Below are positions 24,427-36,676 of a stretch of 64,000 nt of DNA, piece after piece. Below the pieces are notes generated by a model. The model searched no databases. It worked only from the letters and a program-made list of their open reading frames with translations, and was not told the DNA's origin. Position numbers and translations under genes: made by a program. Numbering within the stretch: the first letter of the stretch is position 1; each line of letters opens with the position of its first letter. Source of the DNA: Lytechinus pictus (lineage: Eukaryota). The DNA is taken from contig NC_087245.1 of assembly GCF_037042905.1 (NCBI RefSeq), positions 10,790,001-10,854,000 on the forward strand, read 5' to 3'.

Positions 24427-27400
24427 TATTAACGACTTGAAGAAGCAAATTTTTAAAATCGTGGTTTGCTTTCTACTTATAACCATTTCATTCTCAATAA
24501 TGGTTGCTCTCAGTGTTATTGTTTAGTTCTAATACATAAGCTCATAAATACGTTCATCTTGGTGTGAAAATATAAATTGGCTGTTCGCAAAGCTATCCAA
24601 TGCCTTTAAACTAAGATTTCCAATTGTTAATATGCATCTTGGAATCTTAACAATGTAATGTTCCCAAATAAAGAGAAATAAACTGCAATCTTGATGATTT
24701 ATCATATACCGGTAAGGCGTCGGTAAGATTATTCGCCTTTTAATGGTACCATACATCGAAAGACACATTAGTTTAGTGTCATGTCAAAACGCGTCAAAAG
24801 TACTCGTTATGAACTTCTTGATTACACTACAAATCACATCAAACAGTGGTGACGAAGTGTTGCATTCTCGCTGCTTTAACGTTCTAGGTTCTCTCGTTGC
24901 AGTAGTTTCCAGGCATTTTAGATGCTCTGTTCTCCCCTGTGATTTGTTGTTCGAATCTGTGCAACAACACAAATCAATCGATATTTAAAAGACATCGCAA
25001 GTCGGTTCTTTTTCTTTCGTCATTTGTCACGCAACATGTCACGCCATCAGTTTTCTTTTGATTCTTTCCAAAGTGGCACTAAACGAGCAATCTCACTTGG
25101 ATTCCATCGGTGTCCTATTAAATTGGCTGGCGACGTTGAACCCATTTACTTCAATTTGCCGCCATCAGTAATCGGAAGAGTCGCTTTATTAGGAATCGGC
25201 GACCCCCATAATTCGGCACATTCCCTTCTCCTAATCTCTGGGACACGATCTAAGCTAAGTCGCGAATATATAAACGGGGTATACCAGGATTCGTGCCCTA
25301 GAAAATCGCTTGTGAGTTTCATCATACAGACAAAATACTGGGATATTTGATACTCATGTAACATGAGAGGACGATTAGCATCCCCCAATTTAGGATAGCT
25401 TTTATTATTCCTATGAGAAGAAAGGCTTATCTACTCATGTCAATGTTATGTTGATGGAATCTAAAAAAAAATCAATTACATTTCAATTTTCGTAATACAT
25501 AGTTTTGAATGCGATCTCATCAGTCAGGTACCGTGTGCAATAATGCTAGTTCAGTTTTGATTTTCCAATATATGATTTTACATCAAAAGAAATTCAAGTA
25601 AGTAAATTAGCTGAAACTTAAGAGGATCGTGTTACTAAGGATTATTAGTAAAAACTCGATTGCAATGATTAGTCTGCAATACTCGTATATGTTTTAATGG
25701 CATGCGCTTTCATTTTATTGAATAGCTAACTTTACCGGGAATGTGTTTTGTTAAGTTCAGATATTGATTTTGAGCATTCACTTTACTTTTGTCCAGAAAG
25801 ACATGATGGGCATCGTGGAGTATTCGATTTATCGAATATTACTTTTTTAAAAGAGATGGTTGAACAACAGAAAAGGAATATAATAAGGGAGAAATCATCG
25901 CCCTGTCTCGCCAGCAGTGGATAAGAGCAAATTTTGATGGATAGACTAAGAATGGGCATGATTCCGTTACACCTACCGAGCTCTTTCTTCATTCCCAGAT
26001 GGTTTTCGCAACAAAAGTGTTTAGTTTCGCTCGTGGCGCTACGAGAGGTCACTGCAGAAACATTTGCCTCCTACAAAAATTACACACAACTTGAAACCGC
26101 ACACGATGTTTAAAAATACTAATGTCGACATGTCTGTTGCTAAATGGGGAACTCAAATGTTTTAAGTGACAGGCTGGTGGATGAGGATGCCTCAGTTTAG
26201 TCGTATTACAACATTCAATAGAACACTTGGAACAGCAAATACTTTTCCATCATTATCCAAAAACGTGCCTTCTCTGCCACCCATGTATTCTTTTTAAATC
26301 TGTATAGAAAACTTGGCATGTGAATTCAAATGCATTCAGCATGTTCCGTTCATACATCGAATACAAACTTTACGGGTATTATAATTTATGTGTCGTAAGT
26401 ATACCGGTTGAGTTAGCAAAAAATAACAACCAACTTATCAAAAGTTACCTCTTTTGTCCTGAGAAAAAAGGGCCACCTACATGGCGTGACTTCATCACCA
26501 ATAAGTAGTGTTTATCCAAGCGTGAAGAAATACCGAGCTAAAAGGTTACCTCCTGATCTGTGGATAAACTCAGCTGTTTATATATGATGTTTTGATTAGC
26601 GATTGTTAAGGTGTGAACCGTGGTTCGACTCACATTAAAGATGTCTTTTTTTTTCTTTTTTAACACACTTATCAGCATTCGGTATTTAAAAAAATGTTTT
26701 ATCAAGCGATTTTACTACCACATTGTTGGTGAGTTTGATACAGTCTTTGAAGAAAAAAAACACCATTAGGACTTTAAATAATACGGGTAGAAATAAACAG
26801 TTTGTGTGCTAAACTTAAATCACTAGACAGGTCCGTTCAATCATGAATTGTAGAAAGAAATTCATCCATTTGCTTGGTTGACATAATATTTTACCCAACA
26901 AACCAATTTCACCACAACACCGGATCATGTGTCTTTTTGGTAGAAAGCCTGGAAGTCAAAATGAGTGAAATTTAACATGATTTTCAAAATAGCTTAGAGT
27001 AGTAGCAGAGGTCTGCTACCTGAAATGCAAGTTCAGAAAATCTTTCCATATTCATTAAAATTGGATTTCAGTTCTGTTCCTCGATATAATTCCGTTTTCC
27101 GATGCTTAGGCTGAATTTTTCACACCCAGACACTCACACTTCCTGTCCTTTTCTTAAGCTTTATGTCGTGTCCAAAGGCGACTTGTGTCATTGATAGTCC
27201 ATTGTGTGGTTCAAAAATGGACGAATGCTTTAGTCTGAAACAGACCGTAATGAAAGAAGTAGCAAGATGGTTAGTGTACCAATCTGGACATCCCAACTGA
27301 TGCCAAACAGAAAACAGAAGACAATTTAATATCATGTATATGATAAGGTGTGCCGTAAATGAGCACGGATCCCATACATTTCTTGAAGTTATTAATTTTT

Positions 27401-27482
27401 TCATTATATTCGATTGAAGGAGAAATGAAGTCAGAGCCTATGAAGCATCATTTCATCCGGATGTTTTTTATAGACAGGGTGT

Positions 27483-27668
27483 CATTGCTTAAAAGTACAC
27501 AATGTCCCGCAGTATGTTAAACAGTGTGTCCACAGTGTGGAACACAATGTGAGTAATCTTTACACTGTTAAATTTGAAAATTTTAACAGTTTGCACCTAT
27601 CGTCACTTTGTCCACTATGTGAACACAGCAAGGACACACTGTGTGGGACTGTGCTTTTTTCAGCATGG
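27483..27668. mobile_element. Short palindromic MITE-like element
   Basis: Seen: outer arms CATTGCTTAAAAGTACACAATGTCCC vs GGGACTGTGCTTTTTTCAGCATG, a central hairpin ACTGTTAAATTT-GA-AAATTTTAACAGT, and repeated CACAGTG/CACTGTG motifs. Confidence 0.6.
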
Positions 27669-30600
27669 TAACTGATTCCCACATTAAATATGGACATTCG
27701 ACGATTGATATATAGGTAAGAACAGTTCATTGCCTGCAAATATCAAGCCATAAGATACATATTTCTGCCTCGAAATCCCGTGAATTTCGTGTAAAAATCA
27801 GTTTGGATATTGATAGTCTCTTTACTCTCCCGGAAGTTCGAAAGTGAAACTAAATGTGTTATTGACCTGCCTTAATCACCTGCGTGTATTTACCAGCAGA
27901 TGGTATTTATATGACGTCTCTTGCGTGTTTGTTTGTTTGTTTGTGAAAATATGGCTGGCAACAATAATAACATTTGGTCGCCCAGCGGTAGATCTGCCAC
28001 AAGGTCCTGACTTTTCCCTTTGGAGTGTAATAGAAAGCCATATGCAAAATGTATGGTCAGTTAATTTTTAAAACCACTAATCAGTTTTTCTTGGTTTATT
28101 GGGTATGCTCCAATACCTGCTCAGAAGGGAGGATTTATGTCGACCTCCTGCAGGAGACAGTTTATTTTTAATCAAAGATGTAAAAAAAATCATAAATTAT
28201 ACTTGACTTAAATGTGTATACATATCTTATTATAAATTGATTTACATGTATTTTACAGGACAATTTTTCACAATGAAAATGAATTTGAAAATAAATATAT
28301 GAATTTGTAGAGATAAGAAGGCCCTTTAATAGAAGTTTACTAAATAAATTCTTATTCATAAAGATGTGGTCGTTGTAAGGAAGGGGTATTGAATACAAAC
28401 TCTCATACATATCACCTTCCAATGCAGTTTGAGCGAATATATCTCTTCTTACAACATACATTACACTTTGAGATTGGTTTATCAGTAGTTAATCAATTAA
28501 TTAATTAAGAATAGACGACAAAAACTTTACTTTCCAATTTTCCACAGATTGCACGTTGATATAATCATGAATGCACCTTATGCTATGATTTATATAAACG
28601 TGATGCAAACAATGATGTCTTAACTTCTAGATATTTCCATTGTATGACTTTTATATTCGCCAAATCTATTGTGATAAATTACATAATGAAATAAGAAGGG
28701 AATACGAAATCAGAAATAATATGCTTATATTAACAATCATTTGTGCCTGTTAAACTGCAATCTGAATGTCATCGATCATATTTCAATTGGTAAGAAAAAT
28801 TACTTAATTTTCATGGTAGATGGATGCATTGTTCAAAATGGAGATCAAAGCTTCATGTGTATAGCTCAGAGCATTCATATTGATTCAATGTGGTCAATGA
28901 AGGGGTTTGTTTCCCTTGACGAAAATTAAATCAAAATTAGGGCGGGATTTTTAAAGATTCAAAGGGAAAATCTGACCTGACTATGTAAGTGGAATAATGT
29001 ATTCCATTTTGAAGTAGTATTAGAGAGGGGTGTTTGAGAACCATGACATGTGATACCGTAATCCCTATTGCTCTTTAGACCCTCCCTCTATAAGTAGTAG
29101 CTTGCACGTTCAGACACGAAGATAAACTAGTCAAAATTGGCGGCGCCATTGTAAATATTTGATGAAGTGAAGGGGTTGTTTTCCGAGAGAAGAGAGAGAA
29201 AGAGAGGGCGGGTGGGGGGGGGGGGGGTGTTGGTAGAAGAAGATGGATGAAAGGGGTGAAGAAATATGTTTTGGAAGTTCTTGTAAACATTTGGTAAGAC
29301 ATTCTTATAATCTTTAGATGAGTAAATACAGTGAATTCTACCTAATACTGTGTACAACTAGTGCGTGTTTGTTGAGTGAAATATTTAGTAAATAAATGCA
29401 CATTTTATTTGGTCAATTTCCACACAACAATTGTCTTATATTTACACAAGATTTACTTTGATGGGCATGCATGTTTTCATTTTCTTTGCCTGATATTAGA
29501 TACGTTGGATGAACTAAAGTAATAGTGCAACAATACTTTCAAGTTTTGTCAATCATTTTGAAAGGCTAGCTTAAATTTGAGTAGGGTCTGAAGGGTCTCT
29601 ACAACCTGAATGGAATGCACTGTTAATTGCTTGACTTTGACGAGAAGGTGTGTGGGGGGGGGGGCTCTGGTGTCAGCCCATGAGACATTCTGATCCATTC
29701 ATGGAGGCAATTGAAGTCGTAAAACGCCGTGGTTCCGCATCTCTTGTGTTCAGCCCTTAAGACAGAAACAAATATGCTATCCCCTTCAACGTTATTGAGC
29801 ATTTTGTGAATCTGAAGGATTGAGCATGGCGATTCATTTCACTTTCTATCTTTCACTCTTTCAGTTTCCTTTCTCTCGCATTCTTAACCTCTCACCACCC
29901 CTCTGCATCTATTTCCTTCTTTGGCATCCCTCTTTTCTCGTAATCTTGATGGATCGGAAATCGTATGCTCTTGTAAGAGGCAATGTATACTGAAAATCTA
30001 AGTCTCCTTCCCAAACTCTCTCTAGATACGATCTTGCTTACCACCTTTCTCCTCCACATGCTAGAAAATACGAAATTGATATTACAACGGTGGCTGTTAT
30101 GTTCAAACGCCTGAACTTTATCAGTGTTTGATCTAATGAAATACATCTTTCCTACTTCAATGAAAAAAAAACCAAAATAAAGAATGCTCCATACGAATCA
30201 ATAGTTGTAATTTGTCATTTTCAAGCATAAATGTGAATTTCTGCCGGGGGAAGGGGTTATACAAAATTGCCGCTAGAAAAAATACTTTTCGATGAAAAAG
30301 CATCAAAACAGAAATTAGTCTTCTTAGATTTCTTGTTTGCCAAAAATCGATCATGCTTATGCAAAGTTAACCAGCGAACGGGAAAGTGCTTAATAGTATT
30401 TGAGATATGTACGTATGTCGGTATCTCTGGCGTACAAATAGGGGACTTGGAGGTTATGGACCCCCAAAATGTTCGCGACCAAGAAAACAAGATAAATATT
30501 TTTTTAAAAGGAAAAGAGGTGAAATATGATACTATTTTCTGAACATTTATGTATAGATATATCACAAAATAGGATTATTGTAACCCATTATATACTAATG

Positions 30601-33600
30601 TTATTATTATTTTCCCTTTATTCTAATGTCATGACAAAACATACTTTTTTGAGAACTATGAATTAACTGCAAGATAAAAAAAATGTATTTGGTGATTGGA
30701 ATTGTTACTGGAATTCAATAAAAGTGTGGTCCAATTCAAACGGTTAATTAAACCATTGCCACGAGAGTACAAGCTAAAAATGTAAAATTACAGCTTATAC
30801 AGATATCTGATTTTTATCTTAGAAACTATATGACTGTCCATTCTTTTACTCTATGATTTAGAGGTATTTTTTCAACGGAGATTCTAAATGTCAAAGGGAG
30901 CTTGAAGAAGGAAATATATTACGAAATCTGTGAGTTTTATTTACTTAGTTTTATTAACATTTACATTAAAAAAGGATACAATAACTCCATTGGGGTCAGG
31001 AAGCTTCTTTTCATGATCATTCGACCTAAATACCAGTGGACTGTTGCAATGTGAATCTCAGTGTCCTCGCTTGGCCCAATTTTATAGCAAATTTATTTGC
31101 GACATATGACTCCAGCGGAACACGCACTATTCATCCAGCTCCTGAGGATATGTTATATTATACAGAGATGAAAAGCAACTACTGAGATTAAAGATGACTA
31201 ATCATAGCGATAGCGGGAAAGAAAAACGCCCTTCCCGACCCCAAGCCTGAGGGGTGAATCTTCCGCCCACTATTCCGGCCGTTGATGCGGCAGATCGGAG
31301 GATAGCCTGTATACTGCGTGAAGGGGAACTTATACCTTTGATAAGGGGAAGAAAGTACCGACAGATCTTAGTCCTCAGTGCGTCAATAAAACACCCATTA
31401 GAGTTAATCCATTGAAACATGATGCTATTATCAAATGAGATTCTTTCACAGACACATCTCCTCATGTTGAACCGTGTTTACAAACCCGCGATAGTACGTT
31501 TATACCGGCCGGGGGTGTTTGCTTGTATAAAATGACAGTTCGAAGAACTGCCTTGTACGGATTGTATAAATATTCTTCTAATTGAAAAGTCGGTACCCTT
31601 TGGAGAGAGCTAGGTATCAAACCTCGAAGGAAAATGTTTCAAAGATACCCATATAATATGAATCATTTCTTCTCAAGACTCATAGATAACATCAGAATAT
31701 CATTCGCAAATGAAACTGTTACACTCCCTTATACCTTAATTAAAAAAAAATATGTGAGTTTGTTTAAAGAAAAGTAAGGAGAAAATGTTATTCATTTAAA
31801 GCTTAATTTTGATATTCTGAAAATATGCTAGAGGAACTTCAATTCCTTTGGCAGCAGCTCAATATGGACTATTACACACGTCCCAACCACGTGGATACTT
31901 TACTTCAGTAGCTATAATTCGTCTATAGGACACGTGACGCTTCGATATTTTCCTTCATAAATGAGAAAGTCGCTTCATTGTCGTTAATCACTAATTCCTT
32001 CTTCAGAATATGACCTATGCTGAAATATATTTATAATTCTATGGGTTTTTGAAAGTAGGATTTTCAGATTACAAAAAAATACTGCATTATTTAAATTTCA
32101 ATAAATAAAATTATCTATTAGCATATCGTTAGTAAATGCAATTTTAACTCGTTCATATCTTTATACATATTACATGAACATTGTGAAAGCAGTTATATTT
32201 TAGAATAAAGATAGTAGGTTATATTTTAGAATATTTAAAGATTAATTTCTTAAGTTTTTATGATCTGTATTGCTTGTAATTATTTATTGAGAGTGCATCC
32301 ATATGCACACAATCTCCATGGGTCTTTCTTTTTTCTTGATATGATTGAGAACGTACGTTTAGAAAAAGAACGAAAACGTGTACCAGGTTACCTCTATCAA
32401 CGGACAGTTAGATTTAAATAAGTAAATAATAATGCAAAATGTGCAACACTGAAAACTCCTTGACCTCAAAGAATGAAATTAATGATATTTTGAATTTCCA
32501 TTATAATTCACAAGATTTTATGTACAACATGGGCATCATAAAAAATGATAGAGTTGCATGGTTAGCCACTTGCTATTTATTTCGTAATATCAAATTCTAT
32601 GTTGCTTTTTATTCAAAAATAAGGATTTTTTTTGTTGTATCATATTTAAGTTATGGAGATTTGAGAATGGAATCAAAGTACGTTTAACATTAGGGAAGCT
32701 AAAATGTTATATTTTATTATAAGAAACATAAAATAAAAAGTAGTATTGTGACAATAACGTCATTTAGTCAGCTATTTTAAGAAATTTAGCATCATCTTTA
32801 AAGGCTGCAACCTTTATAGATGTCAAATTTTGATTATATATCCACGTTCTTTCAAAAAATCTTAGTTATTTACCTAAAAAAGGGCTCGTTTGCTTGGACT
32901 CGGATTTGTTATTATATATCTTTCAGACGTTCTATTTATATGTTTACTTTAGGGTTTATTTATCGTTATTATCATTGTATCGATCAATCTACCTACTTAA
33001 ATGTATCTCTATAGAGGTCAAATGGGCCTACTTATGGTTCAATTTATCACGCTTTACACTCTTAAGAAAAGCGATTAGAAAGGAATAATCAGTTAACCGT
33101 GCAGACTAAATGATTGAATCAATATCAGATAATGTCTGCTTTTGACCAGTGATTAGTTATTGTATACATCATGCCTGATAAACGACCATGCATTAGTAAT
33201 TACTATTGACCTCTGACTTCCACGATCACCTACCACTTATCTATTATTGAACACGTCAATATCGACCTCCTCTACATTATACCAAACTGTCCAAAAATAT
33301 TTGCACTTTGATGAGGTTAATAGTTGATTGAAGATAATTTGTGAGAAGGTCTAAAGGATCAATTCTAGGACGATCGAAGTAAAATGATTTTCTGGCGATT
33401 GCTTTTCTCATGCATTACACTTAAAACGACTGTCTTGATTAATGCCCCGACAACAAATCATTTTCTTTTCAAAAGTGGAATAAATGATAATCAATCTTTA
33501 CCGTACTCATCTATCGCACGACCCACAAAATAGTACAAAATGGGTCAAAATGACTTTTTAAAACAAGAACGATGACGGCGAATAATACTGAATGGTAGAA

Positions 33601-34525
33601 TCAAATGTTTCCCGCCAAATATAAATTGCACAAAACATGTAATCTACAACTTTCTATGAGAACTCTCAAATAATATGCATCTAAGATTCAGAAGGCCGAT
33701 TTGAAAAGTTGTGTTGTTGCAGGTAAAATCAAATTTTCCATCGAGATTCATAACTCGCGTCACACTATCAAAATTCAATTAAAGGCACTCTTCATGTTCA
33801 ATTCCCAACTCTTGATCGACGTTCACACAAAACCTCACTAAATCACGAGAATAAAAAGAGATTTCCAATTATATGAACATAATTCAATTCATCTCGCTGA
33901 CTCCAATACTGGAAACCATCAATTCAAGACATTTTGGAAGTGTCGTCCGCTCGACCCTGAACACTCCGTGGTTAGGAACAACCAATAGCTTTGCATAATC
34001 GGAAGAGGATTCGAAATAACAGGTTGATTTCGAATCATATATTCGAAATACAGTGGTTCGAAGTGTATGCTTTTAGAATGTTTTCCTTCAGGCTAAGTGA
34101 TTTCTTTGAATTTCTCTACTACTCTTCTATTTTTCTTTCATTGCATCTACTCTGTTCTTCTGTTCTCCATGTCTTTCCTTCCTCTTCTTTTAGCCCAAGT
34201 GCGCCCTTGCAGATTGATTTCAATGGATAGAGTGGGAACCGCTGCGATATCCGACGTTATGCTTATTTCTCTTTTCTCTATTTATTCGGATCAGCCTGTT
34301 GCTGGGGTCGACTGGGACTTTTTTTTATTACGTTTTGAGTTTAGATTAAAGTTTCTAACCATGTCCCATACTTTATATAATTGTTCAGTGCTCCATTTAG
34401 CTTTGCAAAGCGCCTTTTGCATCTTTATACCGTACCGCCAATCAAATATTTTTTTTTTCTGGTTATCTTTGCAAGGTTGGATGGAGTTCGCCCCTTTTTT
34501 GTGTATATTGATTAAACCATGTTTG

Positions 34526-34537
34526 ATATATATATAT

Positions 34538-34604
<67 letters not shown>
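34526..34604. repeat. (TA)n microsatellite; a second, interrupted (TA)n tract lies at ~34744-34791
   Basis: Seen directly. It creates the spurious IYIYIY ORFs in the track. Confidence 0.97.
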
Positions 34605-34609
<5 letters not shown>

Positions 34610-34610
<1 letters not shown>

Positions 34611-34710
34611 GAGGCAAAGAAGTAATGCATTGCAGTTCCATCAAGTTTATTTCCAAGTATTCTTGGAAATAAACTTGGTTGGAACTGCAATCCATTACCT
34701 CTTTGTCTCT
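34610..34710. repeat. Near-perfect ~100-bp palindrome (48/49-nt arms, 4-nt TATT loop)
   Basis: Seen: AGAGGCAAAGAAGTAATGCATTGCAGTTCCATCAAGTTTATTTCCAAG-TATT-CTTGGAAATAAACTTGGTTGGAACTGCAATCCATTACCTCTTTGTCTCT. Confidence 0.93.
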
Positions 34711-36457
34711 TTTATCTCATTTGTGTCCAACACGCGGAATTTAATATATATATATATATATATACATACATTCATATACATATACATATATATTGTATGC
34801 TGTTCTGTAAAATTAATATGTGATTTTTTTTTTACCTTGTGAAACATTTTTAATTCAGCCATTGGCTGCCAAGAATGTTTTAATGCTAATAAAGACCATT
34901 ATTATTATTACTAAATGTAAAAAAGAAAACAAAATTATTTTACCTGCCCGTTGTGTGTGTGGGAGGGTGCGTGCGTGGGGTAAATGTGTGGGAAAATACC
35001 TTCACATTAATATCAAAGCTACACGTATATCTTATAAGCTTTTGTTATGATATTCGTAGATAACATAATTCTGTTACACTTTCTCGGAATATATTACTAC
35101 AAATTAAATTTCATAATAGGTTCATATCTTCGAAAGATATTATGTAACGTGAAGTCAGTAAAAGGCCAGCGTACAACGGAATTTGATTTTTTTAAACTAT
35201 TCAATTTTGACTGAGTTTCTACACTCATTTATTGAATTAAAAATACCTTGGTCCAGGAATCGACCTTTAACGTTATCATCCAAAGGGCGTGATCCATCGC
35301 GCGTCTCGAAATACGGATTTCTCAATCAGTTTATACATTCTCGCATGTAGCTAGATTTTGGGCACATGCAACAACATCTAGTAACCATTTTAATGTTTTC
35401 TTGATTCTATAATAAGTTAGGGAGTACTAAACGTACTTTCGCATGGAGAAGGAATTCACATCTACCGTAGATGAGAAAGAGTAATGAGATAAATTGATTA
35501 ATTAATCAATTGAGGGTTACTATCATTCTGTTATAATCTTTTGGAACAATTAATGATAAATCTGAAAAACGTACCTGCAATAATAGAATGATTTGAGAGT
35601 GAAAAATAAATCTGAAGGTAATTTACGTTTTTTATTACAAGTTCATAAAAATGTATAAGGCACCTTTTCAGGAAGATCCCAAATGATTGATAAGCAGGCA
35701 ATTATTTTTAAAGAAATATATACAATGGCTGTCATTTCCCATATTAATTTGAAGTAGGCATTGATATGTTTAATGGCTGACATGTTAAAAACGACATAAT
35801 ATTTCTTTGTGACATTCAGAATATGCCAAAGAATACATCAATAACACAAGACTATCCAAACGATGAATTCCCAAAACGACGTCCGTCAAAATTTATATAT
35901 TGATTTCTTCTTACATTCATTTTATCATAAAGGCTATTGTTTAAACCCCAACTAATCTAATTTTAGTATAGACAAAAATATATCAATAACAGAAAGCCTT
36001 GTAACAGTACCTCCTCAATTAATGCACCAGTTGATCACGTGTTTGTGTGTTAGATGTGGGCATCTTGTGATTTATCTTTTGACGCGTTATTGTTCAAATT
36101 CTTACCAAATATAAAAGAAAGAATTGTCATCACACTTTCATTTATTATTTTGCTATAGGTATTGTAGATTATTGGCCAAAGTTTCCATTCCCATGTCTTG
36201 AATTATTCGTTTTTTATATATATTTTAACAGTGTCCTACTATGACCACCATTACACATACTTATAAATAAACAATATGAATATAATCCACGCACAAAGTA
36301 AAATGTACATTTATCACGGCAAAAACAATTATGTCATTATCGGGTGATTAAGGATATTTATTAGCTAATAATTGGCTAATAATATTCTTTCCATTGGTTG
36401 AGCTTGTGTGCAAGGATAAGTAAATTGCCAATTTCATGTTAGAGGTGTCCTCGATCT

Positions 36458-36676
36458 CGTCAGGCCGGATCTAGGATTTTAGAATGGGGGGCAGAAAGTA
36501 GGTTTGACGAGCAAGAACAAAATACTATACAATTCAAAATTTGACTCTTTTCTATCTCTCTCTCTCTCAAAAAAAAAGAAAACAAAGAAAATAGCCGCCC
36601 AGAGTCTTCACTCACATATCATTCCTAACTTCCAAAAGGCTTTATAGGGGGGGGGGCAAGTGCAACCGGAATCCTG
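36458..36676. mobile_element. Degenerate relative of the hAT-type MITE family at 12616 and 50129
   Basis: Seen: CCGGATCTAGGATTTTAGAATGGGGGGCA start, TTTGACGAGC and GTCTTCACT motifs, and a G-run near the right end. The termini are eroded. Confidence 0.55.

Noticed and set aside
34194..34230. Strong polypyrimidine acceptor giving SPSAPLQIDFNG*
   Set aside because: It lies in a CT-rich low-complexity tract with no other support and is probably a pseudo-acceptor.
34623..34645. Resemblance of the hairpin arm (ATGCATTGCAGTTCCAT) to miR-33
   Set aside because: The match is only partial, miR-33 normally lies in an SREBP intron, and the hairpin geometry is unlike a pre-miRNA.
34097..34842. Longest ORFs in the track (191, 134 and 107 aa)
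   Set aside because: They stay open because of stop-free (TA)n and pyrimidine tracts and encode IYIYIY low-complexity sequence.
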